This document shows positions 1-10,538 of a DNA stretch of 64,000 nt, piece after piece. The notes beneath the pieces were generated by a model. The model was not told the DNA's origin. It did not search any database and worked only from the letters and a program-made list of their open reading frames with translations. The translations under genes and the position numbers were made by a program. Origin of the DNA: Candidatus Hydrogenedentota bacterium (GTDB lineage: Bacteria; Hydrogenedentota; Hydrogenedentia; Hydrogenedentales; SLHB01); assembly GCA_963745075.1 (NCBI GenBank), contig CAVUWV010000028.1:128001-192000 (forward strand). The letters run 5' to 3'. Numbering within the stretch: the first letter of the stretch is position 1; each line of letters opens with the position of its first letter.

Positions 1-390
1 CGGCGGCATGTGAGGCGCGGCCTGTTGCGCGCAAAGGTAGGGACCCCGCAAGTTGACCGCGAGCAGATGGTCCCATGCAGCGAGGTCCCGGTCGGCCAGG
101 GTCCCTTCCCAACCGATGCCCGCGTTGTTGACGAGCACGTCGATAGAATTCCCCGATTGGGTGACCTGTTCGATGAGGCGTTGAATTTGCGCAGGGTCCG
201 CCACGTCCGTAGGGATGAAGCCGACGTTCAGCCCGCGGTCCCCGAGGATTTCGGCGGTCTCCTCCCCCGCTTCCACGTCGACATCCGCGATACACACACG
301 CGCCCCCGCATGGGCAAAGGCCAGCGTAATGGCCTTGCCGATCCCCTGCGCACCGCCGGTGACGATGATGGTCTTGTGTTGGAGGCTCAT
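1..390 (-). CDS. SDR family oxidoreductase (3' end outside window)
   Basis: Manual translation from ATG 390: MSLQHKTIIVTGGAQGIGKA...DVLVNNAGI; TGxxxGIG and NNAG motifs. Not in ORF track. Confidence 0.9.
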   Translation of the reverse strand, partial: MSLQHKTIIVTGGAQGIGKAITLAFAHAGARVCIADVDVEAGEETAEILGDRGLNVGFIPTDVADPAQIQRLIEQVTQSGNSIDVLVNNAGIGWEGTLADRDLAAWDHLLAVNLRGPYLCAQQAAPHMPP

Positions 391-414
391 TTCCCTGCTC
401 CGCTGCGATTTGGT

Positions 415-837
415 CTACTCGTACCCAAACTTCCATTGGATACGTATTTCCTCACCCGCAGAAACATGTTCCGGGACGTACTCCAGATTCAAATTCCCAC
501 CGTACCAATCGAATACACACAACTGGCCCGATTCCTCGGGGAGAATGATCTCTATATCGCCGGACTTGGAACGAAGCGTCGCTTTTCCACTGCTATTGCC
601 GGACACGCGAATGGCGACCACGCACGGGTTGGCTTGCGCGGGTTTCAAAACCAACTCGTATGGCTGTTCCGGATTCGGAATAGTAACGTCACCGTCCCAG
701 GAACGAAACCAGACATTCACGGGCCCGTAGTTTTTCGTGAGGTAACCAGAACCAAGAAGTATGATGAATGCGATCAAACACGAGAACACGGCCACCCAAC
801 ACACCACAACGATGGCAGTCTTTTGCCGGAGAAACAT
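415..837 (-). CDS. Hypothetical membrane-anchored protein
   Basis: AAGGAG RBS before ATG 837; N-terminal hydrophobic helix followed by a beta-rich region. Confidence 0.65.
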   Translation of the reverse strand: MFLRQKTAIVVVCWVAVFSCLIAFIILLGSGYLTKNYGPVNVWFRSWDGDVTIPNPEQPYELVLKPAQANPCVVAIRVSGNSSGKATLRSKSGDIEIILPEESGQLCVFDWYGGNLNLEYVPEHVSAGEEIRIQWKFGYE

Positions 838-865
838 GGTACTCCTTTCTTTCGGTAGGCGAAGA

Positions 866-1315
866 CTACCCCGTGTGGCCTTCAAGCCATTCTGCGTCTG
901 CAAGGTCCTTAGTTCGGCCAATGGCTCTTTTGTTGAGAATCAGATGTTGGCGGCTAATGATCGGCGCATTCATATCACCGACAACGGAGGCGTAATGGTC
1001 CGCCCAAGCGTCGGCGAACTCCACGCCATCGATTTCGGTCAATATATCGATCCGGTTCGGCGCAACCCCGATTTGGAAGACAACTCCTGGTGCACAGAAA
1101 TCCTCTTCGTTAATTTGGTCCAAGGGAGCGCCGAAAGAAGCCAAAGCCTTCATGACTTTGCGGGCATTCTCCGGCGAAGGACGTACCCATAGGTCAAGAT
1201 CCCCGGTAGCGCGCGGTAGGCCATGCGCGGCGAGCGCGTACGCCCCGACGACCAGGAACTCAACCTTTTGGCCGATGAATATGGACAATATGTCTCTGAA
1301 ATTCGGATTCAGCAA
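866..1315 (-). CDS. Nucleotidyltransferase-fold protein (DUF6036-like)
   Basis: VVGAYALAAHG-PRATGDLDLW motif and C-terminal KRAIGRTKDLAD; probable TTG start at 1315. Confidence 0.8.
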   Translation of the reverse strand: MLNPNFRDILSIFIGQKVEFLVVGAYALAAHGLPRATGDLDLWVRPSPENARKVMKALASFGAPLDQINEEDFCAPGVVFQIGVAPNRIDILTEIDGVEFADAWADHYASVVGDMNAPIISRQHLILNKRAIGRTKDLADAEWLEGHTG

Positions 1316-1464
1316 CGTCCACTCCCATAAAGGCCCACGCATCGACCGCAAGCTGCCACATCATATCGAGGCACTCTTCCGGAGTACGCTGAGCGTCATC
1401 ACCGGCTCGGTGGGCGACTGAGGGTTGACTTGATGACCGTGGTGCGTGAGTTTAAGGCTTCCAT
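1260..1464 (-). CDS. Small protein overlapping the nucleotidyltransferase start (possible antitoxin-like partner; 5' part frame-disrupted)
   Basis: Frame TPEECLDMMWQLAVDAWAFMGVDVAESEFQRHIVHIHRPKG* ends at 1260; the ATG at 1464 is in a different frame. Confidence 0.5.
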
Positions 1465-1574
1465 AGGGCTATTGTATCCGTTCGCGCCGGAGACTTCATC
1501 AACGTTGGTGAAAACCATTGTCATACGTCAGCCCAGCTTGGTTTATCGCAACGGCAAGTAATCGCTTCTTTATC

Positions 1575-2060
1575 TCACGAAACTGAACCGACATCCAGTA
1601 GCATACGACGGGAAGCCGTGGAGTACCCCAGGGATTCGTAGAAAGTGATTGCACCCTGGTTGAACTCGTGCACGTTAAGTTCGATTTCGATGATTTCCCG
1701 TTCCCGGGCCCAGTTGTGGACAGCTTTCATGAGCGCCGTTCCAATGCCTTGGCGTTGCATAGATTCGGTGACGAGCAGACTATCCACCATTGCAAATCGG
1801 CGGGCAAACATGGTGGGCTGCTCGGGTCGAATTACAACATGCCACTCTACCAGTCCGATGATTTCGTTTTCATTCTCGGCGACCCAGAGTTGTCGTTCGT
1901 CGGTGTTCAGGTAGGACTCAAAGAATTCGCAGGAACGAGAGGGTGTTGCGGGGCGGAACAGGTCGGGCCGTCCACGACTGTGGAAGGCGTCTCCCTCAGC
2001 GAAGATCTGGCAGACAGCTTCGTAGTTGTCCTGAACCACGGGCCGGAGACGAATGGACAC
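1575..2060 (-). CDS. GNAT family N-acetyltransferase
   Basis: QRQGIGTALM acetyl-CoA motif and NQGAITFYESLGY; GTG start at 2060. Confidence 0.85.
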   Translation of the reverse strand: MSIRLRPVVQDNYEAVCQIFAEGDAFHSRGRPDLFRPATPSRSCEFFESYLNTDERQLWVAENENEIIGLVEWHVVIRPEQPTMFARRFAMVDSLLVTESMQRQGIGTALMKAVHNWAREREIIEIELNVHEFNQGAITFYESLGYSTASRRMLLDVGSVS

Positions 2061-2120
2061 GGCATAGCCCTCATATTTGAAGTCCCTGACCAACGAAACG
2101 TCCGGCTTCTCCCGAAACAC

Positions 2121-2144
2121 GACAGCCGAGGGCGGCTGTCCCAC
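2121..2144. repeat. REP-like palindrome (GTGG-tagged on minus strand)
   Basis: GACAGCCGAGGGCGGCTGTCCCAC: GACAGCCG/CGGCTGTC stem in intergenic space. Confidence 0.55.
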
Positions 2145-2224
2145 ACCGGTTTCGCCGAAAATGCCGTTCCTCCACGAAAGGCAGGCTCAGCGACACTTTC
2201 AGGGACGTTCAAATATGCATACTC

Positions 2225-3667
2225 TCACGCCCGCAGCGCGACGCTGTTGAGCTGGCAATACGTCCTGAGGTCCTTTCCGTGGTTGCCATAAAAAATGACT
2301 TGGTGCATACCCTGAACGTCGCGGACGTCGTCGACTTCGTTGACCGTCATGCGGAGGTTGGTGCGGCAACCGCCCGTGGGCGGGATCTTGGGGCAATCCA
2401 CGATGGCGCCGGTGTAGACGATCATTCCGGGTGCCTCGCCGTTGACATATTGCGCGAGGGTGACCTCCTGATCCTTGGCAAAGAGCACGCGGGGCACGCA
2501 CCCCCACCCTGCCTCGGCGTGGCTGCGGAGGATGTAGCGCTCTGGCTTCGTGTTCGGGCCATTCATGCACGAGGGGCTGGTGCAATGCGCGCCGAAGTAA
2601 AGGTTGTTGGCGGTGTCCATGGAAGCGTTCTGCTGGAAGCCGGGCCGGTTGTACAGGTACTGCACAAGCAGCAGCGTTACCGTCGCGTTGAGATCGGACT
2701 GGCACCCGGCGGGGACGCCCTCGTCGCGGAGGCTCATGAAGCCCATGCACGGCGGCACGTGTTTGTGCGGCATCTGTAATCCTGGCAGGCAGTTCATCAT
2801 AAGCGCGTCGGCTTTTTCTTCGGCGACCAGTTGACGGAGTGCGTAGTAGCAGCGCGCGGCTTCGAGGATGTCGTCTTCATTGGGTTCGACGATGTCTTTC
2901 GCGTGGGACCGGTAGGACTTGGCCAAGTGCCGGACTTCGGCGGTGGTTTCGGTGCTCGCGTACTGGTCGTAGAAGCGTTGATGCGGAATTCGGCGAATTT
3001 CCGTGCCGAGCTTGGGTACAAAGGTTTGCTGTTCGGAATCACCGTCGATATTGATAATGCAGCTCTGCCGCATCCATGCGGTGGTGCGGAGCATAACCAA
3101 CGCGCGTTCGACCGCGCCGAAGTCACTGGAGTTGATGAGATAAACGCCGGGTCGATCTTCCACTTGGCGAATGTGATCGACGAGCAACACACCGAGCGGC
3201 GCGTAGACGACCACCGGCCGATCGGTTGACTCGATGATCTGCAGGACGCGATTCCAGTGACCCTTTTTGAAGAGAACCAGTAAGAGCCCATCCGGCTTTG
3301 CAGCGGAGACCTGTTCCGCGAACCGGGCGGCGTCGACTTCGGTATCGATATGCCCTGACCCGATTTGGACGGTCATGTTCAGGTCGCGCGCCATGTTCTG
3401 GAACTTGGCCGCGTATTCAACTTGCTGCCCTTCCGCGTCGAAGCTGGAACCGGGCCAGCTATAATACCCCGCATCATCCAACTGCGATGTCGGCGGGTAC
3501 ACGAAAGCGGTCATGACGACGGCGGACTTGTTCCGGGGCATCGTGTCGCCCGGATTGGCCGCCGCCGCGGACGCGGTCATGGCCACGCCCCCTGCCGTTG
3601 CGGCGGATACCTGTAAGAACGTGCGGCGTGAAAGTTCGAAGTTGTCCCCCTGCGAATGCGATTTCAT
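2225..3667 (-). CDS. Tat-signal L-fucose/L-arabinose isomerase-like protein
   Basis: SRRTFLQ twin-arginine signal; PPCMGF, GCQSD, AHCTSP, GCRT and GMHQV motifs. Start reset to ATG 3667. Confidence 0.7.
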   Translation of the reverse strand: MKSHSQGDNFELSRRTFLQVSAATAGGVAMTASAAAANPGDTMPRNKSAVVMTAFVYPPTSQLDDAGYYSWPGSSFDAEGQQVEYAAKFQNMARDLNMTVQIGSGHIDTEVDAARFAEQVSAAKPDGLLLVLFKKGHWNRVLQIIESTDRPVVVYAPLGVLLVDHIRQVEDRPGVYLINSSDFGAVERALVMLRTTAWMRQSCIINIDGDSEQQTFVPKLGTEIRRIPHQRFYDQYASTETTAEVRHLAKSYRSHAKDIVEPNEDDILEAARCYYALRQLVAEEKADALMMNCLPGLQMPHKHVPPCMGFMSLRDEGVPAGCQSDLNATVTLLLVQYLYNRPGFQQNASMDTANNLYFGAHCTSPSCMNGPNTKPERYILRSHAEAGWGCVPRVLFAKDQEVTLAQYVNGEAPGMIVYTGAIVDCPKIPPTGGCRTNLRMTVNEVDDVRDVQGMHQVIFYGNHGKDLRTYCQLNSVALRA

Positions 3668-3862
3668 GACGAATTCCCCCATGGTTTCCCCGAAACCTAT
3701 GGTAGACCTGTTGGTGTCGCGTGGCAAGCGGTTTTTCGGTAGAATAGAGATGGCGCCGGATGGAATGCGGGCCTTACGAAGAGCCACGCTGTCCCCGCTT
3801 TCGCGAGGAAGACCAACGTGGGGGTCCCAGTGGGGGAACGGGCGCCAAAGGGGGGCAATGCC

Positions 3863-5386
3863 ATGTGTTGCATGCACTTGAACCGGCGGCAGTTTTTGGG
3901 GGTTTCGACGGGCGCGGTCGTAGGGGCCGCGATTTTTGGTCCGATGACGGGCTTGGCGGCGGCCACACCGCCATGGGCGGAAAATTATTGGGACCCGGCG
4001 CGGCCGTACCAGCGGTGGACACGACCTACGCGGGTCCAGCCGGTGCTGATGTATCGTGTGGCGCAACGCCGGGAGCAAACGTCGTGGAAATCCTGGGGCG
4101 GCGTGCAAACTCATGAGGCTGCTAACGACGAGGCAAACCGGATCACGGGCGAACTCGCGGATGTCGCGAAACGCGCGGACTTTCCCGTAGAAATTCTTCC
4201 GGTCATCAAAGTGACTTCGGAAGAGGAAGCTTCCCGCGCGCAGAATACCGAGGCCGACGTCACCATCCTCTACCCCGCCACCGGTTCCGGGAACATGCTG
4301 CGGGGCTGCATCCGCGAAGGCCGCACCATTGTGTTCGTGCGCCATCGGTCCGGTCCCGCCTACTACTGGTACGAAGCGCTGAGCACGCGATACCTCAAAC
4401 CCACGACGATTACCGGCGAAGACGACCGGCCCCTTTCGGTGAACAACGTCGTCGTGGACGAACCGGACGAGTTGTTATGGCGGTTGCGGGCCCTGCACGC
4501 GGTGGACGGTTTCCGGAGGGCGCGGATCGTGGCGCTGGGCGGCCCTATGGGCAAGTATGCGGGCGAAGCGCCGGATGTGGCGCGGCAACGCTACAGTTTA
4601 GACATCGTGGATTTCAGCTACGAAGACCTGGAACGCCGCATCCAGTCAGCTTTTGCCGACAATGCGCGTATGGCGTTAGCGGAACGTTGGGCGGATGCCT
4701 TCCTCGCGATGCCGGGGACAACCCTGAAAACCGACCGCGGCTTCGTGGTACGCGCGTTTGTACTGTACGGGATCTTCAAAGATGTCATGCGCGAGCATGA
4801 GTCGTCTCTCTTCACGATCCAGCAATGCATGAGCACGATCATGCCCATGTCGCATACGACGGCGTGCCTGACCCTGGGTCTACTGAACGACGAAGGACTG
4901 GTCGCCTTCTGCGAATCCGATTTTGTCGTAATCCCGCCGGGCATCTTGCTCAACTGCATCGCGGGCAAACCGGTGTTCATGCACAACTCGACCTTCCCCC
5001 ACAAAGGCATCGTGACCTGCGCGCACTGCGCGTCACCCCGTCGGATGAACGGCGACCGGTACGAACCGATGCTCGTGACGACGCACTATGAATCCGAATA
5101 TGGCGCCGCGCCCAAGGTGGAGTTCCCCGTGGGTCAGGAAGTCACCTTTATCGATCCCGAATACGCGACCAACCGGTGGGTCGGCATCACAGGAACGGTC
5201 GAGGACAACCCGTTCCTGGAAATCTGCCGTTCGCAACAGGACGTGCGCATTCATGGGGACTGGAAAAAGCTTCTCAACGAGGTGCGCGACTCCCACTGGG
5301 TGATGTGCTACGGAGACTATCTTAAGGAAATCACCTACGCCGCACCGCGCGTCGGGATTGCGCTGGATACGTTGGTGCAAGTGTGA
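3863..5386 (+). CDS. Tat-signal L-fucose/L-arabinose isomerase-like protein
   Basis: NRRQFLG signal; TACLTL, FCESD, AHCASP, ICRSQ and DSHWV motifs parallel those of the divergent paralog. Confidence 0.7.
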   Translation: MCCMHLNRRQFLGVSTGAVVGAAIFGPMTGLAAATPPWAENYWDPARPYQRWTRPTRVQPVLMYRVAQRREQTSWKSWGGVQTHEAANDEANRITGELADVAKRADFPVEILPVIKVTSEEEASRAQNTEADVTILYPATGSGNMLRGCIREGRTIVFVRHRSGPAYYWYEALSTRYLKPTTITGEDDRPLSVNNVVVDEPDELLWRLRALHAVDGFRRARIVALGGPMGKYAGEAPDVARQRYSLDIVDFSYEDLERRIQSAFADNARMALAERWADAFLAMPGTTLKTDRGFVVRAFVLYGIFKDVMREHESSLFTIQQCMSTIMPMSHTTACLTLGLLNDEGLVAFCESDFVVIPPGILLNCIAGKPVFMHNSTFPHKGIVTCAHCASPRRMNGDRYEPMLVTTHYESEYGAAPKVEFPVGQEVTFIDPEYATNRWVGITGTVEDNPFLEICRSQQDVRIHGDWKKLLNEVRDSHWVMCYGDYLKEITYAAPRVGIALDTLVQV

Positions 5387-5533
5387 GCCAACGAGAATTC
5401 ATCGGCCGGAACGGACCGATTGGTCGGATCCGTCCGATCTGCGTTTCCCCTGCGCTTGGTCTGCTACGGGGACACTTGGTACCCTTAACAGGATAGATGG
5501 CCCGTGTCACCACAATATCTGAAAGGACTGTCC

Positions 5534-6562
5534 ATGCACTTTGGCCTCACCGCTCTGCTTGTTTCCTGCGCCGCTGCCGTCAGCGCTGACGCACTTCCCC
5601 CCAATCTCGCGCTCCCGGAACCCGCGCCGAACTATGCGGACATCGTCAAGAAGTTCCAGGACTACGATGTTATTCTGCGGCCGGACAAGAACGAGCCGGA
5701 ATGGTGGGCGGGCGCGCCTTCGGTCGCGATTGATGATGACGGCACATTCTGGCTGGCCTGCCGCATGCGCACGGCCGAATCGAAACGCGGCCTGCGCGGA
5801 TACGAGATCCGCATTCTCAGGAGTAGTGACGGCGTTCATTTTGAGAAGGCCCACTCGATCAAACGGGAAGATGTGCCGATTGCCGGTTTTGAACGTCCGG
5901 CCCTGTTGCGCGATCCGGAAACCGGGTTATTCAAGCTGTACGGGTGCGGACCGTGGAAGGACGGGCCGTGGAGCATCTTCAAGTTCGACGACGTGGCGTC
6001 GCCAGATCAGTTTGTGCCCAGCAGCGCCAAACTGGTGATTGGTCCGCCGGAGAAATCCTATGAGCGCGACCAGTCGGTTATCGAGTACAAGGACGAAGTA
6101 ATCGTGTATGCCAACGGAGCCTACCACTGCTACGTGACCGGTTACATGCGCCGCAACGAGCGTATCTATCACTACACCAGCGCCGATGGCGTTCATTGGG
6201 AATCGGTGGGTAATCCGTACAACGCCGTCATGCCGCTCTCGGGCTGGCACGATTTCTTCGTGCGGCCATCGTCGGTACTGCCGATCGGTGCGGGGTACCT
6301 CTTCGTGTACGAGGGCGGCAAGACGAATTGGTACGACCCCGTGTACAACATTGCGACCGGTCTTGGGTACACATTTGACTTGAATACCATTATCGACCTG
6401 ACGCCCGACGCGCCGTTGTTAGTCAGCAGCACGCCGAGCGAAACGTTCGCGACGTTCCGTTATTCCGATTGGCACCTTCACGACGGTCAACTCTGGGTCT
6501 ACGCGGAGGCCGCGTGTCCGAACAATACCCATGAGATTCGTTTGTATCGGGTAGCCTTGTGA
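5534..6562 (+). CDS. Secreted five-bladed beta-propeller glycoside hydrolase-like protein (GH32/43/130-like fold)
   Basis: Signal peptide; WAGAPS, SSDGVHF and SADGVHW Asp-box-like motifs; ERP and VRPSS blade motifs. Confidence 0.6.
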   Translation: MHFGLTALLVSCAAAVSADALPPNLALPEPAPNYADIVKKFQDYDVILRPDKNEPEWWAGAPSVAIDDDGTFWLACRMRTAESKRGLRGYEIRILRSSDGVHFEKAHSIKREDVPIAGFERPALLRDPETGLFKLYGCGPWKDGPWSIFKFDDVASPDQFVPSSAKLVIGPPEKSYERDQSVIEYKDEVIVYANGAYHCYVTGYMRRNERIYHYTSADGVHWESVGNPYNAVMPLSGWHDFFVRPSSVLPIGAGYLFVYEGGKTNWYDPVYNIATGLGYTFDLNTIIDLTPDAPLLVSSTPSETFATFRYSDWHLHDGQLWVYAEAACPNNTHEIRLYRVAL

Positions 6563-6612
6563 GATACCGCCGCAACCTACCGGGTTTGAAGACACCTGAA
6601 CCGGAGTCGATC

Positions 6613-8612
6613 ATGAATAAGACCGCCTTAATCCTGTCTCTTACTCTGATTCTCGGCGGCTTCACGGCGTATACCGAAGAGCCGTATTACCGTGACCTGT
6701 CTCCCGATACGTGGGTTGCGACCGATGCCCTGGGCCGGGCGATGCCCGATTATGCCACCGTGGGGCCGGTAAAAGAGGATCAACGCAGGGTCGTTGGCAT
6801 CTTCTATATCACCTGGCACCGTGACGGGCTGGCGAAGATGAAGAGTCCGTATGCCGCCGACGTTTCCAAGATTCTCGCCGCCGAATCCTTCGGCGCGTCT
6901 GGACGCGAAAAACCCCCTCTGGACCGAAGGGTCCTACCACTGGGGCGAACCGGAGATGGGATATTTTCTGAGCAAGGACGAGTACGTCATCCGGAAGGAC
7001 ATGTCCATGCTCGCGGACGCGGGGGTCGACGTGCTGGTCATGGACGTGACCAACGCGGTTCGCTACTGGGACGAATGGGACGTCGCTGTTTCCGGTCATG
7101 GAGAAGATGAAGGCGGAAGGCAACAAGGTGCCGCAATTCTGCTTCTGGGCCTTCAACGGACCCGTGATCACCGTCGTGCAGGACTTGTACGACCGCATCT
7201 ATAAGGAGGAGAAGTACAAGGACCTCTGGTTCACGTGGGATGGCAAACCGTTGCTGCTGTACAATGGGAATCCGACCGTGGACGCCAACGGCAAGGGGCC
7301 TCAAAACCCCAACCCGCACTACGATCCCGCCGCCAAGACCAATCCCAGCAACCCTCACTATGGCGATCCGGACTACACCGAAGAGTTCTACAAGGATTAC
7401 ACGAAGGAAGTGAAAAACTTCTTCACGCTGCGAACCATGTGGTGGGGGTACTACAGATGGGCGGGCGAACGTTTCATTGGTACCGAAGACAATTGGAGCT
7501 TCGGGTACGACATGAGCAATCCGGACGTCAAGGCGATGAAACCGGAGGATCTGGTGTCAAGGCACGACGGCAAGAACGAGGAGGCCGCCGTGACGCCCGG
7601 TCAGCATCCCGTGAGTCTGACGGGGAAGTCGTGGTCTCGCGAGCATGGGGAGCCCGAACTGAACGAGTACGACTTGCCGGTTCCTACTTACGTGCCGTGG
7701 CTGGGCAAGACGGTCGAGCATCCCGAAGGCTACGGCATCTACTTCCAGCAACGGTGGGACGAAGCCCTCGCGGCCAATCCGCAATTCCTTTACATCAACG
7801 ATTGGAACGAGTGGACAGCGGGCAAATACCATCCCGAGGAAGGCAAGACCTATACGTTCATGCGCCGGGACGACAGCACGTACCGGTTCATCGATCAATA
7901 CAACGCCGAGTTCAACCGCGCGATCCAGCCGATGAAGGGCGGATATACGGACAATTACTATATGCAGATGGCGCAGAACATTCGCCGGTATAAGGGCATT
8001 CGACCCATCCCGACATTGAAGGGACTGCATCCCGTGAAGATGGATGGCGAATTCGAGGATTGGACGGACGTGGCAGATGTGTATCGGGATACCGCGGGCG
8101 ACACCGTTCACCGGGACTACAACGGCTACGGCGGACTGCATTACACGGACGACAAGGGTCGCAACGACATCGTGACATGCAAGGTCGCGGTGGACAACAA
8201 GAACGTCTACTTCTACGCGGAGACGCGGGAGCCTCTCACCCCGCATACCGACCCGAACTGGATGCTGTTGCTTCTGGACGCGGATCAGAACCACGCGACC
8301 GGATGGAACGGCTATGACTTCATCATCAATAAGCATGTTGTCGACAACGGGAAGACGACGGTCATGCGGTATGACGCGAGTTCCCCGGACCTTCCCTGGG
8401 TTGAGGCGGCGACGGTTGACTACCGGTACGCGGGTAAGGCCCTCGAATTGGCCGTGCCGCGGAAACTCCTGGGACTGACCGGAGATGCTACTACGTTCGA
8501 CTTTCACTGGTGCGACAACCCGTCGGATCTCGACGATCCGATTTCGCTGTGCGTCGCAGGCGACAGCGCACCAAACCGACGATTTAACTACCGCTGTATT
8601 TGGAACCGATAG
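6613..8612 (+). CDS. Secreted glycoside hydrolase-like protein (GH71/GH99-like barrel plus C-terminal sugar-binding-like domain); two frameshifts
   Basis: VVGIFY, HWGEPEMGYF, AGVDVLVMDVTN, GKPLL and NDWNEW lie across three frames; single-base insertions near 6885 and 7085. Confidence 0.7.
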
Positions 8613-8626
8613 AAAGGAGATCTGGA

Positions 8627-10417
8627 ATGTCAGGCCACCATAGAGCTGCGCATCGGATTATTTTAGTCCTGTTTCTCGCTCTGCTACCTGCCGTGACCAT
8701 CCTTGCCCAGAAGACGCAGGATGAAGCCATGGACGCCGTGCTGAAACGCCTGTACGCGACCAAGACCCAAGATGAATTGTATGCACTCGATCAAGACGAT
8801 GTGTTCGACGTCCTCACTCCAAAAGAGCGGGAGGTGTTCGCGACAAAGCACTGGAGTTTTGACGTGAACGTTCCGGTCGTCGTATCCATCATGCGCAACG
8901 TCGAGCAGAAGACGATTCCCTTCTGGATCGAAGAAGCCGGATTCAAAAAGACGGACATGGTGGTGAAACTCGCCGAGAACTCGCCCAACACCTACGAGGT
9001 ATGGCAAAAGAAATTCCGCGCCGGCCCGGTTGAGCTGGGGATTAACGGCTTCGACAGTTTCACCCTTCATTACTTTGTTTGCGTGGCGCCCCAGCGTCCG
9101 AACGACATACTCGAGTTGTCGAACTTCTATCCCGAAGATCAAACGGTATTGGATATGAAAATGGGCTCGATGGTCTATCACGATTGGACGGAACTTGCGA
9201 TTGCCGAGCTTCCAGATCAGTTGGTTGGACAGAAGTTGTTGACGACGCACCGGGGACGCGGCAAGGAAGCCGGTCTTGTCGGTTCGTTTCGCAAGACCCC
9301 CTTTCCCTCCTCCGCCGCGCCGGATCCCGTTTACCTGACCTGGAGCGACGATCCCCGGACCACGCAGAATGTCCAATGGCGTACCAGCGAAGCGGTCAAG
9401 GATGGCGCCGTTCGTTACCGGGAGAAGGGCGCACAGAACTTTGCAGAGGCGCCGGCAACGCGCAAGACCATGGAGGACCGCATGCTGGCGAATGACCTCG
9501 TCTGCAATTGGTTCACCACCGTGTTGCAGAACCTGAAACCCGCGACGACCTATGAGTATCAGGCGGGCAGCCCAACGACCGATACCTGGAGCGACGTGGC
9601 CGAGTTTACGACCGCGCCGGAGGCACCTACTCCGTTCAGCTTTTTCCACTGCAGCGACACCCACAGCAACGAAAAGTGGGGCGATCTGATGGCGAAGACC
9701 TTCGCCCTGTATCCCGATACGGACTTCTGCATGATCTCCGGCGATCTCGTGGGAACCGGGATGGAGCGTGAAGATTGGGATATGTTCCTGGAATACGGCG
9801 AGCCTATGTTTCGTACGCGTCCCGTGATGCCGGCCGTGGGCAACCATGACGCCCAACTCGGCCTTGGCGCGGGGATGTATCTGGACATCTTCGGCCTGCC
9901 GGAGAACGGACCGAAAGAGAACTTGCCGGAAACGGCCTATTCGTTTAAGTACAGCAATGCGGAGTTCTTCGTGCTCGATGTGATGAGCCCTACCGAGCCG
10001 CAGCGCGTGTGGTTGGACGAGCAGCTCGCGAAAAGCGACGCGACCTGGAAGATCGCCATGTTTCATTTTCCCCTTCAGGATCCCAGGGAGGCTGATCCGC
10101 GCCAAGAGGAAGGATGGGCAACCCTGTTTGATAAATATCACGTCGACCTGGTGCTGACGGGGCACGTGCATCGGTACATGCGAACGTACCCCATCCGCGC
10201 GGGAGAGCCAGTTGAGTCCACCAAAGAGGGAACCGTCTATATCACGTCGGTATCCATCCCTGGCCGGCCGCTCAGGCGCGAGCAACCGTCCTATGCAGCG
10301 ATGAGTCTTGGCGGAGGTTCATTTTGCAATGTCGTGAGCATAGACGGCAACCGGCTGAACTACCGTGCGGTGACCGAAGGCGGAGAGATAAAGGACGATT
10401 TCACGATCAAGAAGTAA
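8627..10417 (+). CDS. Secreted metallophosphoesterase (PAP-N/FN3 plus calcineurin-like domain) with an extra N-terminal domain
   Basis: SDTH, GDLV, GNHD, FHFP and GHVH motifs; LKPATTYEY FN3-like segment; AAGGAG RBS. Confidence 0.85.
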   Translation: MSGHHRAAHRIILVLFLALLPAVTILAQKTQDEAMDAVLKRLYATKTQDELYALDQDDVFDVLTPKEREVFATKHWSFDVNVPVVVSIMRNVEQKTIPFWIEEAGFKKTDMVVKLAENSPNTYEVWQKKFRAGPVELGINGFDSFTLHYFVCVAPQRPNDILELSNFYPEDQTVLDMKMGSMVYHDWTELAIAELPDQLVGQKLLTTHRGRGKEAGLVGSFRKTPFPSSAAPDPVYLTWSDDPRTTQNVQWRTSEAVKDGAVRYREKGAQNFAEAPATRKTMEDRMLANDLVCNWFTTVLQNLKPATTYEYQAGSPTTDTWSDVAEFTTAPEAPTPFSFFHCSDTHSNEKWGDLMAKTFALYPDTDFCMISGDLVGTGMEREDWDMFLEYGEPMFRTRPVMPAVGNHDAQLGLGAGMYLDIFGLPENGPKENLPETAYSFKYSNAEFFVLDVMSPTEPQRVWLDEQLAKSDATWKIAMFHFPLQDPREADPRQEEGWATLFDKYHVDLVLTGHVHRYMRTYPIRAGEPVESTKEGTVYITSVSIPGRPLRREQPSYAAMSLGGGSFCNVVSIDGNRLNYRAVTEGGEIKDDFTIKK

Positions 10418-10472
10418 TCGCACGAGTGTCGTAGAAACCAGTTTACGGAATTCTGGAGACACCTTGACGTTT

Positions 10473-10506
10473 AAGATGGATTCCCGTGAAAGAGGGAATC
10501 CATCTT
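10473..10506. repeat. Perfect 13-bp hairpin with ATTCCC-N8-GGGAAT core between convergent genes
   Basis: AAGATGGATTCCC-GTGAAAGA-GGGAATCCATCTT; related to 13804-13834 and 16518-16548. Confidence 0.7.
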
Positions 10507-10538
10507 CGTGCTCTATCTCGGTAACGAAGTACGTATCG

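Noticed and set aside
3668..4345. 706-aa ORF extension overlapping the divergent gene
   Set aside because: The Tat signal begins just after ATG 3667; the extension is antisense to a real gene and Arg/Pro-rich, typical of GC-rich shadow frames.
8684..10285. Long antisense ORFs (533 aa here, also 55311-56450 and others)
   Set aside because: They mirror well-supported genes and show no motifs; expected from codon bias at high GC.
8627..10417. True purple acid phosphatase
   Set aside because: GDLVG lacks the Tyr ligand of the GDxxY motif; kept as a generic metallophosphoesterase.
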